Below, piece after piece: positions 40,634 to 51,026 of a stretch of DNA of 64,000 nucleotides (positions are counted from its first letter, which is position 1; each line of letters opens with the position of its first letter). The notes under the pieces are model-generated. The model saw only the letters and a list, made by a program, of their open reading frames with translations. It was not told the origin of the DNA and did no database searches. Made by a program: the position numbers and the translations under genes. The stretch lies in assembly GCA_029262335.1 (NCBI GenBank), contig JAJCZQ010000049.1, positions 13,731 through 77,730 on the forward strand. The letters are read 5' to 3'. The DNA is from Deltaproteobacteria bacterium (lineage in GTDB: Bacteria > Desulfobacterota_D > UBA1144 > Nemesobacterales > JAJCZQ01).

Positions 40634-43600
40634 ATGTCAGAAAATCATACAAATACTTATAAACAATTAAAGGATTTACTTGAAGAACGAATTTTATTCC
40701 TCGATGGTGCAATGGGTACCATGATCCAGAGGTATAAGCTCGAAGAAGATGACTTCAGGGGAGATATATTTAAAGACCATGATACTGATTTAAAAGGCAA
40801 TAATGACCTTTTGTCACTTACAAGGCCTGAGATTATTAAAGAGATTCATCTCCAGTACTTTGAAGCCGGATCAGATATAGTTGAAACAAACACTTTTAGT
40901 GCAACAACTATCGCCCAGGCGGATTACAACCTGGAATATACGGTAAAAGACCTTAATGTAGAATCCGCAAAAATTGCCAAGCAGGCTGCCAAAGAGATAA
41001 TGGATAAATATCCGGGAAGACAGTGTTTTGTAGCTGGTGCAATTGGCCCTACTAATAAAACAGCTTCGATGTCACCGGATGTAAATAATCCTGCATACAG
41101 GGCTGTGAGTTTCCAGGAACTTGTCGATGCATACCGTGAGCAGATAGAAGCACTGGTTGAAGGCGGAGTAGATATTCTCCTTCCTGAGACTACATTTGAT
41201 ACACTTAATCTAAAAGCTGCAATTTATGCACTTGAAGAGTTTTTTGACAGTTACGGCAAAAGGCTTCCAGTAATGCTTTCGGTAACTATTACAGACCAGT
41301 CGGGAAGGACACTTTCCGGACAGACAGTCGGCGGATTTTGGAACTCGGTAAGCCATGCAAAACCACTTAGCGTCGGTATCAACTGCGCACTTGGTGCTGA
41401 AGCCATGAGACCTTATATACAGGAACTATCAAATATAGCGGGTTGTTATATAAGCTGCTACCCAAATGCGGGGCTTCCTAATCCATTAAGTGAGACGGGT
41501 TACGACCAGACCCCTGAGATGACAGGATCGTTGCTTCAGGATTTTGGTGAAAGCGGATTTCTAAATATGGTAGGCGGATGCTGCGGTACCACGCCCGATC
41601 ATATAAAAAGTATAGTTGATTGTATCAAAGACTTAAAACCAAGAAAAATTCCTGAATTAGAACCTGCCACAAGACTTAGCGGGCTTGAAGCGCTGACTAT
41701 TAAAGCAGAAAAAGGGACTCCTTTTATTATGGTAGGTGAAAGGACCAATGTCACAGGGTCTCCGAGATTCGCAAAACTTATAAAAGAAGAAGATTATGAG
41801 ACTGCACTTTCTGTAGCGGCGCAACAGGTAGAGAACGGAGCAAATATAATTGATATAAATTTTGATGAAGGCTTGCTTGATAGTGAAGCGTGTATGGAGA
41901 AGTTCCTGAACCTTGTCGCATCCGAACCGGATATTGCAAGGGTGCCGATAATGATCGACAGCTCCAAGTTTTCTGTTATTGAAACAGGACTCAGATGCGT
42001 ACAGGGAAAATGCGTTGTTAACTCCATAAGTATGAAAGAGGGTGAAGACCTTTTTCGTGAACAGGCAAGAAAAATAATGAAGTACGGCGCGGCGGTAGTT
42101 GTAATGGCTTTTGATGAAGAAGGCCAGGCCGCAGAAGCAGAAGACAAGGTAAGAATATGCCAAAGAGCATATAAAATCCTTACAGAAGAAGTGGGTATGG
42201 ACCCGACTGATATTATATTTGACCCAAACATCCTGACAGTAGCTACAGGTATTGAAGAACATAATAACTATGCGCTTAACTTTATAAATGCAGTTAGAGA
42301 TATAAAAGAAAAATGCCCCGACGCTCTTACAAGCGGTGGTGTGAGTAATATCTCATTTTCACTTCGCGGAAACAATATTGTTAGGGAAGCAATGCACAGT
42401 GCATTTCTTTATCATGCAATAGATGCAGGGCTTGATATGGGGATTGTAAATGCCGGAATGCTGGCCGTTTATGATGACGTGGAAAAAGAGCTTCTGGAAA
42501 AAGTAGAAAATGTACTTTTAAATAAAAGCCCCGATGCCACCGAAGAGCTTGTTGATTTTGCAGAGCAGTTTAAAGGCGTTAAGAGTGCTGAGAAGAAAGC
42601 AGAAGATAAGGCTTGGCGTGATCAGCCGGTAGAAGAAAGGCTTAAATACTCACTCGTAAACGGGATATCTGATTTTGTTGATGAAGACACGGAAGAGGCT
42701 AGGGCGATGTACGATAAACCCCTTAACGTAATAGAAGGCCCTTTGATGGACGGCATGAAAGTTGTCGGTGGATTGTTCGGCGAAGGGAAGATGTTTTTGC
42801 CGCAGGTTGTAAAGAGTGCGAGGGTAATGAAAAAGGCAGTTGCCTATCTTGAACCCTACATGGAAAAACTCAAAGCAGGGTCTGATAATACGAGAGGTAA
42901 GTTTGTAATAGCCACGGTAAAAGGCGACGTACATGATATTGGGAAAAACATTGTTTCAGTTGTGCTTTCCTGCAATAACTACGAGGTAATAGACCTTGGG
43001 GTTATGGTCTCGTGTGACCAGATTCTGAATACTGCAAAAGATGTTGGTGCAAATATTATTGGACTTAGCGGACTTATTACACCGTCACTTGATGAGATGG
43101 TTTATAACGCATCAGAGATGGAAAGGCAGGGATTTGATATTCCGCTTCTTGTCGGCGGCGCTACTACAAGCAGTGCCCATACAGCTATTAAGATAGCACC
43201 TCACTATAACGGTATTGTTGATCACGTTCAGGACGCATCACTTGTGGTTGGTGTTTGCAACGATCTTTTAAATCCCGACAAAGCTGATGATTATAAATTA
43301 GAGCTTAGAGAAAAACAGAAAAAACAGAAAGCAAGATTTGAAGAGAGCCAGGCAAAGATAACTTATACACCTATTGAAGTAGCCAGGCAGAATGGTTTTA
43401 AATGTGAATGGGCAGATATTGAAATAGATACCCCGGGACATACAGGGTTGATTCATTTTAATGATATAGACCTAAAAGAAATTATTAACTACTTCGACTG
43501 GTCACCGTTTTTCTGGACCTGGGAACTTAAGGGTTCTTTTCCAAAGATCTTGGATAATCCAAACTGGGGCGAGCAGGCAAGGGAACTATATAATGATGCA

Positions 43601-44335
43601 GAAGATCTGCTTGGTGAAATAATAAATAATAAACTTTTTAATCCTTCGGCGATAGTTGGGATATGGCCGGCAAACAGTGTTGGTGATGATGTAGAGATAT
43701 ATACTGACGACAAGAGAAAAGAAGTAGTAGAAAATCTTCATTTCCTTCGCCAACAGGGAAAAAGAAAAGAAGAACAGCTCTATTACAGCCTTTCTGATTT
43801 TATAGCACCAAGATCTGCAAATAAGATTGATTATATCGGAGGATTTGCAGTAACAGCCGGTGACAAAGTTGAAAGCCTTTCTGAAAAATATAAAGACGAC
43901 AACGATGACTACACCTCAATTATGATAAAAGCACTTGGCGACAGGATTGCCGAGGCACTAGCGGAGATGATTCATAAAAAGGTTAGAGACTTATGGGGTT
44001 ACGGTAAAAAAGAAAATTTATCGAATGAAGACTTTATAAGTGAAAAATACAGGGGCATAAGGCCCGCCCCGGGATATCCTTCATGTCCCGACCATACAGA
44101 AAAAGGAATACTTTGGAGACTTCTCGATGCCGAGAAGCATACAGGTGTTTCCCTTACCGAATCATACGCTATGACCCCCGGAAGTTCCGTTTCCGGATTT
44201 TACTTCTCACACCCCGATGCACGGTATTTTAATCTTGGAAAGATACTTAAAGACCAGGTTGAAGACTACGCAAAAAGAAAAGGGCTGTCAGTAGAAGAAG
44301 TTGAAAAATGGCTCCAGCCTAATTTGGGTTATTGA
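40634..44335 (+). CDS. metH: Cobalamin-dependent methionine synthase
   Basis: 1233 aa. N-terminal Hcy-binding domain with Cys ligands (GGCCGTTP), pterin-binding domain, B12-binding D-x-H-x-x-G (GDVHDIGKN), C-terminal AdoMet reactivation domain. Confidence 0.9.
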   Translation: MSENHTNTYKQLKDLLEERILFLDGAMGTMIQRYKLEEDDFRGDIFKDHDTDLKGNNDLLSLTRPEIIKEIHLQYFEAGSDIVETNTFSATTIAQADYNLEYTVKDLNVESAKIAKQAAKEIMDKYPGRQCFVAGAIGPTNKTASMSPDVNNPAYRAVSFQELVDAYREQIEALVEGGVDILLPETTFDTLNLKAAIYALEEFFDSYGKRLPVMLSVTITDQSGRTLSGQTVGGFWNSVSHAKPLSVGINCALGAEAMRPYIQELSNIAGCYISCYPNAGLPNPLSETGYDQTPEMTGSLLQDFGESGFLNMVGGCCGTTPDHIKSIVDCIKDLKPRKIPELEPATRLSGLEALTIKAEKGTPFIMVGERTNVTGSPRFAKLIKEEDYETALSVAAQQVENGANIIDINFDEGLLDSEACMEKFLNLVASEPDIARVPIMIDSSKFSVIETGLRCVQGKCVVNSISMKEGEDLFREQARKIMKYGAAVVVMAFDEEGQAAEAEDKVRICQRAYKILTEEVGMDPTDIIFDPNILTVATGIEEHNNYALNFINAVRDIKEKCPDALTSGGVSNISFSLRGNNIVREAMHSAFLYHAIDAGLDMGIVNAGMLAVYDDVEKELLEKVENVLLNKSPDATEELVDFAEQFKGVKSAEKKAEDKAWRDQPVEERLKYSLVNGISDFVDEDTEEARAMYDKPLNVIEGPLMDGMKVVGGLFGEGKMFLPQVVKSARVMKKAVAYLEPYMEKLKAGSDNTRGKFVIATVKGDVHDIGKNIVSVVLSCNNYEVIDLGVMVSCDQILNTAKDVGANIIGLSGLITPSLDEMVYNASEMERQGFDIPLLVGGATTSSAHTAIKIAPHYNGIVDHVQDASLVVGVCNDLLNPDKADDYKLELREKQKKQKARFEESQAKITYTPIEVARQNGFKCEWADIEIDTPGHTGLIHFNDIDLKEIINYFDWSPFFWTWELKGSFPKILDNPNWGEQARELYNDAEDLLGEIINNKLFNPSAIVGIWPANSVGDDVEIYTDDKRKEVVENLHFLRQQGKRKEEQLYYSLSDFIAPRSANKIDYIGGFAVTAGDKVESLSEKYKDDNDDYTSIMIKALGDRIAEALAEMIHKKVRDLWGYGKKENLSNEDFISEKYRGIRPAPGYPSCPDHTEKGILWRLLDAEKHTGVSLTESYAMTPGSSVSGFYFSHPDARYFNLGKILKDQVEDYAKRKGLSVEEVEKWLQPNLGY

Positions 44336-44441
44336 ATATCATAAATCCATAGTTTATTAAAATATGTAAAAATTGTTTGTAATAAACAATTCAAATCTGT
44401 GTGTTATTCCTAAAAACACTACACTGTCAAAATATATTTGG

Positions 44442-44469
44442 TTGTAATAAATAGTATTTATTATATAAT
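44442..44469 (+). promoter_or_regulatory. Putative sigma-70 promoter of paralog 3 (TTGTAA-N16-TATAAT), flanked by a 12-mer direct repeat tgtcaaaatata
   Basis: TTGTAA at 44442-44447, TATAAT at 44464-44469. tgtcaaaatata occurs at 44424-44435 and 44469-44480. AAGGAGG RBS before the ATG at 44520. Confidence 0.4.
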
Positions 44470-44519
44470 GTCAAAATATAATTAAATTAAGTAAACGATC
44501 AGGTTTAAAGGAGGAATTT

Positions 44520-45549
44520 ATGTTTAGAGGGTTAAAGTTTTTAATTATTTTTACATTGTTCTTCACAGTATTTTTTGTGGATACCAAGGATTCATTTGCT
44601 GGGGGATTTACTATAGTTCGACCGCAAACTGACAACGCTTCATACATTTTGGTATCAATCTTTGATCTAAGAAACCGTGAAAGCTATGTGCAGGTAACTA
44701 ATACTAGTGATAGTGCTCTTACAACACATGTCCAGGTATTCGCAGTTAATGATAACTGCCGTGAGAATGATTTTTTTGATACATATACCGGAAATGATAC
44801 TCATGTGTACAACATGCGTGATATATTAACAAATGACGGTAACCCATCGGGTGTTGTTCTTAATGGTGGCGAATACGGTATGGTTGTTGTTACAGCAACT
44901 TTAAATGGCTTGATTAATGATGTTTTGCAGGATTTGGTAGGAAATTTCAGAATAGTTGACGAAGCAGGTTATGAATACCGTACCAATTCTTCTGGAACAA
45001 ACAGGGTATTTATTGGTAATGATAATCCATTTGGAACTACAACTCTTTCAACTGGTAATTTTAATTCCGAAGGTGGAACAAACCAGAGTGATACGTACAC
45101 TGTTGTTTTAAGTGAAACACAGAATGGTTCTGTGGAAGTAACAGCAAATCCTTTGGAAACATTTATTGTATCCGATGTTGATATTTATGACCTTAATGAA
45201 GTCCCATTTTCATGTCCCAATACAATATTTGCTTGTGTAGATCAAAACAGTGCAGTACTTGAAGAACTACTTGAAGAGGCTGCTGAAATCTCACCAGGTG
45301 CAAGTATTGCTACTTTTGATTCTGGATTAAATGAAGTCTATCCTAGCAGTAAGGGTGCTCCTCTTGTTTGTCCAAATAACGTTGTTAAGTAATGGTTTTT
45401 CAAGAGCAAACACTGTTGGATTTAGTTTTACAGGTCCTTTTGATGGATTCTATATTGCTGCATTTGTAGGAATCAATAATGGTAACGGTAGGGGAAGTAT
45501 GGACCAGATATGGCTGGAGAATTTTTTACTTGCAACTCCATTAGGTTAA
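44520..45549 (+). pseudogene. Third member of the secreted acidic protein family: frameshifted near 45385-45392 and truncated, lacking the C-terminal Calx-beta-like region
   Basis: ORF 44520..45392 carries the family N-terminal module (ESYVQVTNTSDS, HVQVF, NDFFDTYTGNDTHVYNMRDILTNDGN, GNFRIVDEAGYEYRTNS). The continuation (AAFVGINNGNGRGSMDQIW) is in a different frame in ORF 45331..45549, and then stops about 270 codons early compared with the intact copies. Confidence 0.5.
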
Positions 45550-45759
45550 AAAATTAAATTGAAATAATGGGTTAGATGGGCAGATTTAAGATCATAAATT
45601 CATTAAATCCTCCAAACTCATTTAACCCATAATTATTTACTATTCTTTACATTTTAATAAGTAATTACTAAAGACGAGTTTTATCACAACAAAACTTAAA
45701 AATAATTCATACAACTAAGATGATTTAATACTTTTGAGGGTGAAAAAGAGTATAATCTA

Positions 45760-45945
45760 TTAAGAAATCCCCAGAACAATTGACTGATAAAGAAGATACA
45801 TACCCATTGCTACTTCACTGACGTTATCAGGGTCACGGTACGAATACCAGATCTGCATAAGTTCAATTTTATATGGGATCATCACAAATAGTATTAGTGA
45901 TGGTAAAAGAAGAGTGGTGTTTATTAGTATTCTTATTTTTGACAT
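45760..45945 (-). CDS. Small hydrophobic protein (61 aa), possibly last gene of the minus-strand cluster
   Basis: ORF with one predicted TM segment. Overlaps the upstream gene by 13 nt. No homology recognisable. Confidence 0.25.
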   Translation of the reverse strand: MSKIRILINTTLLLPSLILFVMIPYKIELMQIWYSYRDPDNVSEVAMGMYLLYQSIVLGIS

Positions 45946-46211
45946 TTTTTCATCGGTTCTGATTCAATTTCTTCAACAAAACCTTTTTCTACTTCAACTT
46001 CTGCACATACGCCTACTTTAAGCGGGCCGTTATCTTCATCAAGCTTGGTTTTCTCAGTTGCCTTGAATACCCGGTCACCAATAATCCAGTTGCCGGCTGT
46101 GCCGTCAGGCCTTGCATGAATAATTCCTTTGTATTCTTCACCTGCAAAAAGAGGTGTCGAATAAATGCAGAAAAGTGAAAAACATATACTTAGTAATAAA
46201 AATCTTTTCAT
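45933..46211 (-). CDS. Small secreted protein (92 aa)
   Basis: Clear signal peptide (MKRFLLLSICFSLFCIYSTPLFAGE). 4-nt overlap (ATGA) with the upstream thioredoxin-fold gene. Confidence 0.45.
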   Translation of the reverse strand: MKRFLLLSICFSLFCIYSTPLFAGEEYKGIIHARPDGTAGNWIIGDRVFKATEKTKLDEDNGPLKVGVCAEVEVEKGFVEEIESEPMKKCQK

Positions 46212-46780
46212 TTATATTTCACCGAACATCCATATGGTTTACTTTTAGATATTTCTATTGTATCACCTGTAGTTAAATTTGTAAGGGCAAGGTCAACATA
46301 ATTATTTCTCTTGTCTGAGTTGTTTGCACCGCTTTTATCATCATCTATGCCACCCTCGTAAACAAGGCCGTCTGTCTTATCAATTATATACATATGAGGT
46401 GTGGTTTTTGCTCCAAATGATTTGCCTACTTCTCCGGAACTGTCATTTAATATGGGATACGGGACTTCATGCTGATCAGCCCATTTTTTATTGTCATCAT
46501 TACCCATATAGTGAGTACTGTTTACAGCAAGCCATACTACTTCCTTATCTTTGTATTTCTCGGCAAGTTCTACCATGGTTTTTTCACGATAGTGCCTTTC
46601 GACAAATGGGCAGTCCGGGTTTGTCCATTCCAGGACAACAATTTTATCACTATAGTCTGAAAGGGATATTTTATTGCCATTTTGGTCTTCGAGACTGAAA
46701 TTATTGTCTACAGCAAAGGAATTAATGCTTAATGCTAGAATAAAAAGAAGTAAAACTGGTATTAATTTTAAAGTTTTCAT
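46208..46780 (-). CDS. Secreted thioredoxin-fold (redoxin-like) protein
   Basis: Signal peptide. Region KIVVLEWTNPDCPFVERHY resembles the active-site stretch of thioredoxin-fold redox proteins but with a single Cys (C-P-F-V) rather than CxxC. 190 aa. Confidence 0.45.
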   Translation of the reverse strand: MKTLKLIPVLLLFILALSINSFAVDNNFSLEDQNGNKISLSDYSDKIVVLEWTNPDCPFVERHYREKTMVELAEKYKDKEVVWLAVNSTHYMGNDDNKKWADQHEVPYPILNDSSGEVGKSFGAKTTPHMYIIDKTDGLVYEGGIDDDKSGANNSDKRNNYVDLALTNLTTGDTIEISKSKPYGCSVKYK

Positions 46781-46840
46781 TAAATATCTCCGGTTTTTAT
46801 TTTAATATTTAGAATAATAATAAAAGTAATGGATTCAACC

Positions 46841-47656
46841 TTAATTTTTATTAATCACTTCTTTTAAATTGACGGTATATTCAAAACCTTTACGATTATT
46901 ATCTTTATCTATATATGTTATGACTGTATCAAGAAGTTCGGATTTAGAATCATGTCCGGGGTATATTACTGTGGAAAATGAGATAACTTCCTGATTTTGA
47001 TGTTTAGAATATGAAATATTTTCAATATCTACTGTTTTTTCAGGATTAGGATACAGTTTAAATGTGTTATCTAATATACTGTTATTAATGTATATATTAA
47101 ACTTATTTTCTTCATTAACTACCTTGATATCAAATTTGTTGTTTTTTTCCGAAGGCAGTTGATTATTCCAGGTATTAAAAAGTATTTTATTGTTATTTTT
47201 GATTAGATCCTGTGTATATTCTGCTTTTCCTGGAATGCATATCTCTTCGCAGCTTATCCATTTTGTTTTTAAGCTGACCGGAATACTCTTTTTATTAAAA
47301 TCGGCCGGGATTTTAATATCTGACCAGAGCAATACTTCATTTTCGTATCCATAGTCCAGAATATCGCCCTCCCTTATAAAAGCCTTAGGAAGAGGCCAGT
47401 TTAGATCACCTGCTTTAAAACCCTCTGGAAGAGTAAATTCTATTTTTGTAGGAAGGCCTGAATCTCCGGAATTTTTCCAGTAAATATGCCAGTGAGGTTT
47501 TAATTTATATAGGATACCAACTCTTATAATTCCTTCAGTATCGAGCTTGGAAGTATCATATACAAATTCTGTCTTAACTGTTTCAGGTATTTCATCATTA
47601 AAACCTAAAACTGCCAGAGATATTAAAATAATTGGTATAAATAGTTTTAATTTCAT
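46841..47656 (-). CDS. Secreted protein resembling the DsbD N-terminal (alpha) domain family
   Basis: Signal peptide. Motif PHWHIYWKNSGDSGLPTKIEF...LNWPLP and a Cys pair CEEIC are reminiscent of DsbD/ScsB N-terminal domains. 271 aa. Confidence 0.4.
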   Translation of the reverse strand: MKLKLFIPIILISLAVLGFNDEIPETVKTEFVYDTSKLDTEGIIRVGILYKLKPHWHIYWKNSGDSGLPTKIEFTLPEGFKAGDLNWPLPKAFIREGDILDYGYENEVLLWSDIKIPADFNKKSIPVSLKTKWISCEEICIPGKAEYTQDLIKNNNKILFNTWNNQLPSEKNNKFDIKVVNEENKFNIYINNSILDNTFKLYPNPEKTVDIENISYSKHQNQEVISFSTVIYPGHDSKSELLDTVITYIDKDNNRKGFEYTVNLKEVINKN

Positions 47657-47728
47657 AAGGATCAGATAAAAGTATATAAGAAAATTAAATAATGTTAATT
47701 AATTTATAAAACTATAAAGGCGGAAATT

Positions 47729-48169
47729 ATGATACTAAAGATATATCTTGCGGGTGAAATACACTCGGACTGGAGAGAGCGGGTAGTTGAAGGTGCAAAG
47801 GGAAAGGGGCTCAGTGTTGTATTTACAAATCCCGTAACTGACCACGATGCGAGTGATATGTGCGGTGTAAACATTCTGGGCGAAGAAGAAAAACCTTTCT
47901 GGAGAGACAGGAAAGGTTCGGGTCTGAATTCTATAAGAAGGATAAAGATGATAAAAGATTCGGATGTTGTAGTGGTAAGGTTCGGACCAAAATATAAACA
48001 GTGGAATGCTGCTTTTGATGCGGGATACGCTGCTGCGCTCGGTAAATCGTTAATAACTCTTCATGATGAAGAACATGACCATGCACTTAAGGAAGTGGAC
48101 GAAGCTGCAAATGCAACTGCAAGGACACCTGAGCAGGTAGTAGGGATACTTGAATATGTACTGTCTTAA
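47729..48169 (+). CDS. YtoQ-family protein (nucleoside 2-deoxyribosyltransferase-like fold)
   Basis: IYLAGEIHSDWR N-terminus and FGPKYKQWNAAFDAGYAAALGKSLI core match the YtoQ family pattern. 146 aa. Confidence 0.6.
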   Translation: MILKIYLAGEIHSDWRERVVEGAKGKGLSVVFTNPVTDHDASDMCGVNILGEEEKPFWRDRKGSGLNSIRRIKMIKDSDVVVVRFGPKYKQWNAAFDAGYAAALGKSLITLHDEEHDHALKEVDEAANATARTPEQVVGILEYVLS

Positions 48170-48171
48170 TT

Positions 48172-49464
48172 TCAGTATTTAGTCTTTTCTTCCAAACCTT
48201 CAATTGGCGGCGTCCAGGTGCCCGCACCAGGCACTCTTCTGCCCCAGACCTTACCACGGTAATTACTCCTTAAATGCCTTATTGTGAGTCTTTGTACAAG
48301 ATTAATTGCCGGTAAAATCCCATGAAGCCCTGCAACCTTAACAAGTGCTTTATCCCTAAGTTCAAAGAAACTCAGATCGTCAGGTGAAACGCAAACTGGT
48401 TTGCTGGCAGAAAGAAAAGGTGGAAGAGCCCCTTCCAGTGGTACAGTCCCGTCTCCGGTTTTCTTTGATTTATTATCTTTCTCAATTTCATCAACAAACT
48501 GCTCATCTTCAATAATAAACCATGGGCCAGAAGTAGTATTCTTTACTTTCATCTGGATTCTTGTTTTGCTGTTTACACCAATAATAGCGAGCCAGTCGTC
48601 CTGTACCAAACCAGCATCTGATGGTTTAAATGAATTAACTTTGTCCCTGTGTTCTCTACCTATTCTAAGAAGAGAATTTAATATCTCTTCTGCTTTTTCT
48701 TCACGCCGATTGGCAGGAGTGTCCACTGAGTACATTCTTACATATTCGGATAGACTCCTGATAATACTTCTTTGCATATTATTAGGATTAAAAAGGTCTA
48801 CCTGATGTCCATTTTCAAATATTGCTGATTTATCATATGATGGAAATAGCTGGTACACAGCTGGTGTGGCCCTTGCTGCTTCACGTTCCCTTTCTTTGGG
48901 TACGTCTCCTGAAAGAAGGCTCATACCGGTTGTTATCTTAACAATGGCTTCAATTGATCCTAAATAAGGAGTGCCAATAGTTACTACCTTACCGACCTTG
49001 GATTTATTCCTGTACTGAGAAAGATATTCAGTGATGATAAGTCCGCCCATGGAATGGCCTACAAGATCGACTTTTAATTCATTCTTAGCGCCTTTGTAAT
49101 GCTTAAGAAGTAGTGTCCTTGCAATTACTTCATCAATAAAGTCGCCGAGAACCCTGGCAATATCCTGAATATCAATTCTCCAGTCATATGGGAAGGCAAA
49201 TACAGGTGTTGGTTTGTCAGCCTGCATGGATAGTTCGTGTCGCAATGCTTTAATAAGGTCATTGTATATTTCAAATACCCGCCCGGGGTATACATGTGAT
49301 GGTTCAACAGCTTCATAGCGAAGATCATCCGGATGAAGGGATACTTTCTCAAAATCTTTATTAAATACCATTGACCATAGTGTTTCGGACTTTAAAGGAT
49401 AGTCATCATGAAGGTCAGATGCAGTAATGCCGGGTATGACAATTACAGGATTTTGATAACTCAT
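48172..49464 (-). CDS. Alpha/beta-hydrolase, lipase/LCAT/PGAP1-like
   Basis: GHSMGG nucleophile elbow within alpha/beta-hydrolase context. 430 aa. Confidence 0.65.
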   Translation of the reverse strand: MSYQNPVIVIPGITASDLHDDYPLKSETLWSMVFNKDFEKVSLHPDDLRYEAVEPSHVYPGRVFEIYNDLIKALRHELSMQADKPTPVFAFPYDWRIDIQDIARVLGDFIDEVIARTLLLKHYKGAKNELKVDLVGHSMGGLIITEYLSQYRNKSKVGKVVTIGTPYLGSIEAIVKITTGMSLLSGDVPKEREREAARATPAVYQLFPSYDKSAIFENGHQVDLFNPNNMQRSIIRSLSEYVRMYSVDTPANRREEKAEEILNSLLRIGREHRDKVNSFKPSDAGLVQDDWLAIIGVNSKTRIQMKVKNTTSGPWFIIEDEQFVDEIEKDNKSKKTGDGTVPLEGALPPFLSASKPVCVSPDDLSFFELRDKALVKVAGLHGILPAINLVQRLTIRHLRSNYRGKVWGRRVPGAGTWTPPIEGLEEKTKY

Positions 49465-49599
49465 TTCTTACACCCCCATGTAATAAATATGATAATGTTA
49501 TTAATTTTATAATAACCCAAACATATATAACAATTCTACAGTTTTTTTAATGACCGGCAGGTTGTTGTATGAATTATAAAATGTATATTTAGAACCCAA

Positions 49600-50304
49600 A
49601 TGAAAAAAGAAAACATTAAAGCCGTTTTCTTCGATGCGGCAGACACTTTGTTTTATATTAAAGAAGGACTTGGCAACACATATGCTGCGCCAGCCAGGAA
49701 ATACGGAATAAACCCGGACCCTAAAGAGCTTAGAAAAGCATTCGGAAAATATTTCCCGGAAGCTCCCCCGCTTGCTTTTGAAGCAGAGAATAAAGAAGAA
49801 CTGCATTCACTTGAAAAGAAATGGTGGTATGACGTAGTACACAAGGTCTACACGGATATTGGTATGTTTGATGAGTTTGATAACTATTTCCATGACCTTT
49901 TCGAAGTATTCAGGACATCGGCCTGGGAAATATTTCCCGAAACAAAAGAAGTACTTACCCGCATAAAGACAAGAGGATATAAAATTATAGTTGTTTCAAA
50001 CTTTGATTCCCGTGTCTACGATGTATGCAGCGGTATGGATATACTGGACCATTTTGACGATTTTGTTATCTCAAGCGAATCGGGTTATGCAAAACCCTCT
50101 ATAGAAATTTTTCAGCTTGCTCTTCAAAGAAACGGCCTTATGCCTGATGAATGTGTGCATATTGGAGACAACTATATGAATGATTTTGTTTGTCCTACCA
50201 GTATTGGAATGAATGCAATTTTTCTTGACCGCGACAACGAACACCCGGATAAGAGCATCAGTAAGATAAAAGACCTAAACGAACTGTTAAACATCATAAG
50301 CTAG
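49600..50304 (+). CDS. HAD-superfamily hydrolase
   Basis: Motif I FFDAADTLF, later VVSNFD, and motif IV GDNYMNDF. 234 aa. Confidence 0.65.
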   Translation: MKKENIKAVFFDAADTLFYIKEGLGNTYAAPARKYGINPDPKELRKAFGKYFPEAPPLAFEAENKEELHSLEKKWWYDVVHKVYTDIGMFDEFDNYFHDLFEVFRTSAWEIFPETKEVLTRIKTRGYKIIVVSNFDSRVYDVCSGMDILDHFDDFVISSESGYAKPSIEIFQLALQRNGLMPDECVHIGDNYMNDFVCPTSIGMNAIFLDRDNEHPDKSISKIKDLNELLNIIS

Positions 50305-50316
50305 CGGAGGACTATA

Positions 50317-50757
50317 ATGACCCAGGGAGCTTTACTCGCATTAGTCGTAGCCTGCATATGGGGAATAAATCCCATATTTGAAAAATTTGCCTTAAAAAAT
50401 ACATCTCCATTCTCAGTTATAACAATCAGGTTTATATTTACTGGGCTCTGCCTCGCTGTTTATACATTATTTGCAGGAAGGGTTGATGAACTTGTAAAAG
50501 TAGATTCAAAATCAATGATGTGGATTGTACTGTCGGGACTGCTTGGAGGGCTTATCGGGCTCTTTATCTTTTTTGTTGCCCTGAAACAGGAAGATACCTC
50601 AAAGGTACTTCCAATCGTGGCTTCATTTCCCATGTTTACAGCAATATTTGCCTATTTTCTTTTAGGCGAGACAATTTCATTAAAAAGATTTATAGGGATA
50701 ATGTTTGTTATAGTGGGAGTTGTACTGATTAATATAAAAGAGTCTGTAATAGACTGA
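50317..50757 (+). CDS. Small EamA/DMT-like membrane protein (4 TM)
   Basis: 146 aa, four hydrophobic helices, EamA-like pattern. Confidence 0.45.
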   Translation: MTQGALLALVVACIWGINPIFEKFALKNTSPFSVITIRFIFTGLCLAVYTLFAGRVDELVKVDSKSMMWIVLSGLLGGLIGLFIFFVALKQEDTSKVLPIVASFPMFTAIFAYFLLGETISLKRFIGIMFVIVGVVLINIKESVID

Positions 50758-50937
50758 TCAGTGTTTGTTTGACTCTTCTCTTGTAAAAAATACAAAAGCC
50801 ATTGAAGGCCTTTTCGATGCTTCTCTCATAGCAAACTGGACATACTCAAATTCCCATCCCTGGGCCGTCCATTCGTTTATTACGTTTTCTATATCTATGT
50901 CGGTTACGGTTGTAAGTTCTACTACTTTATATTCCAT
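50758..50937 (-). CDS. DUF4177-like small protein (59 aa), absent from the supplied ORF track
   Basis: Reverse-strand translation gives MEYKVVELTTVTDIDIENVINEWTAQGWEFEYVQFAMREASKRPSMAFVFFTREESNKH. The EYKVV...GWE...FVFFTRE pattern fits DUF4177. The competing + strand ORF 50765..50971 has no features. Confidence 0.5.
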   Translation of the reverse strand: MEYKVVELTTVTDIDIENVINEWTAQGWEFEYVQFAMREASKRPSMAFVFFTREESNKH

Positions 50938-51026
50938 TTTAAATAATTCTTCGTATATTTTTTTATTGTGATATAAATAATTAGATATGATTATACCTAC
51001 TAATAAATCATATAAGTGAAAAACCT

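Noticed and set aside
41657-42262. 201-aa and 145-aa minus-strand ORFs inside metH
   Set aside because: Antisense to a full-length, motif-complete metH; no features of their own.
50765-50971. 68-aa + strand ORF listed in the track
   Set aside because: Featureless. The opposite strand encodes a DUF4177-like protein with a coherent pattern, so that was preferred.
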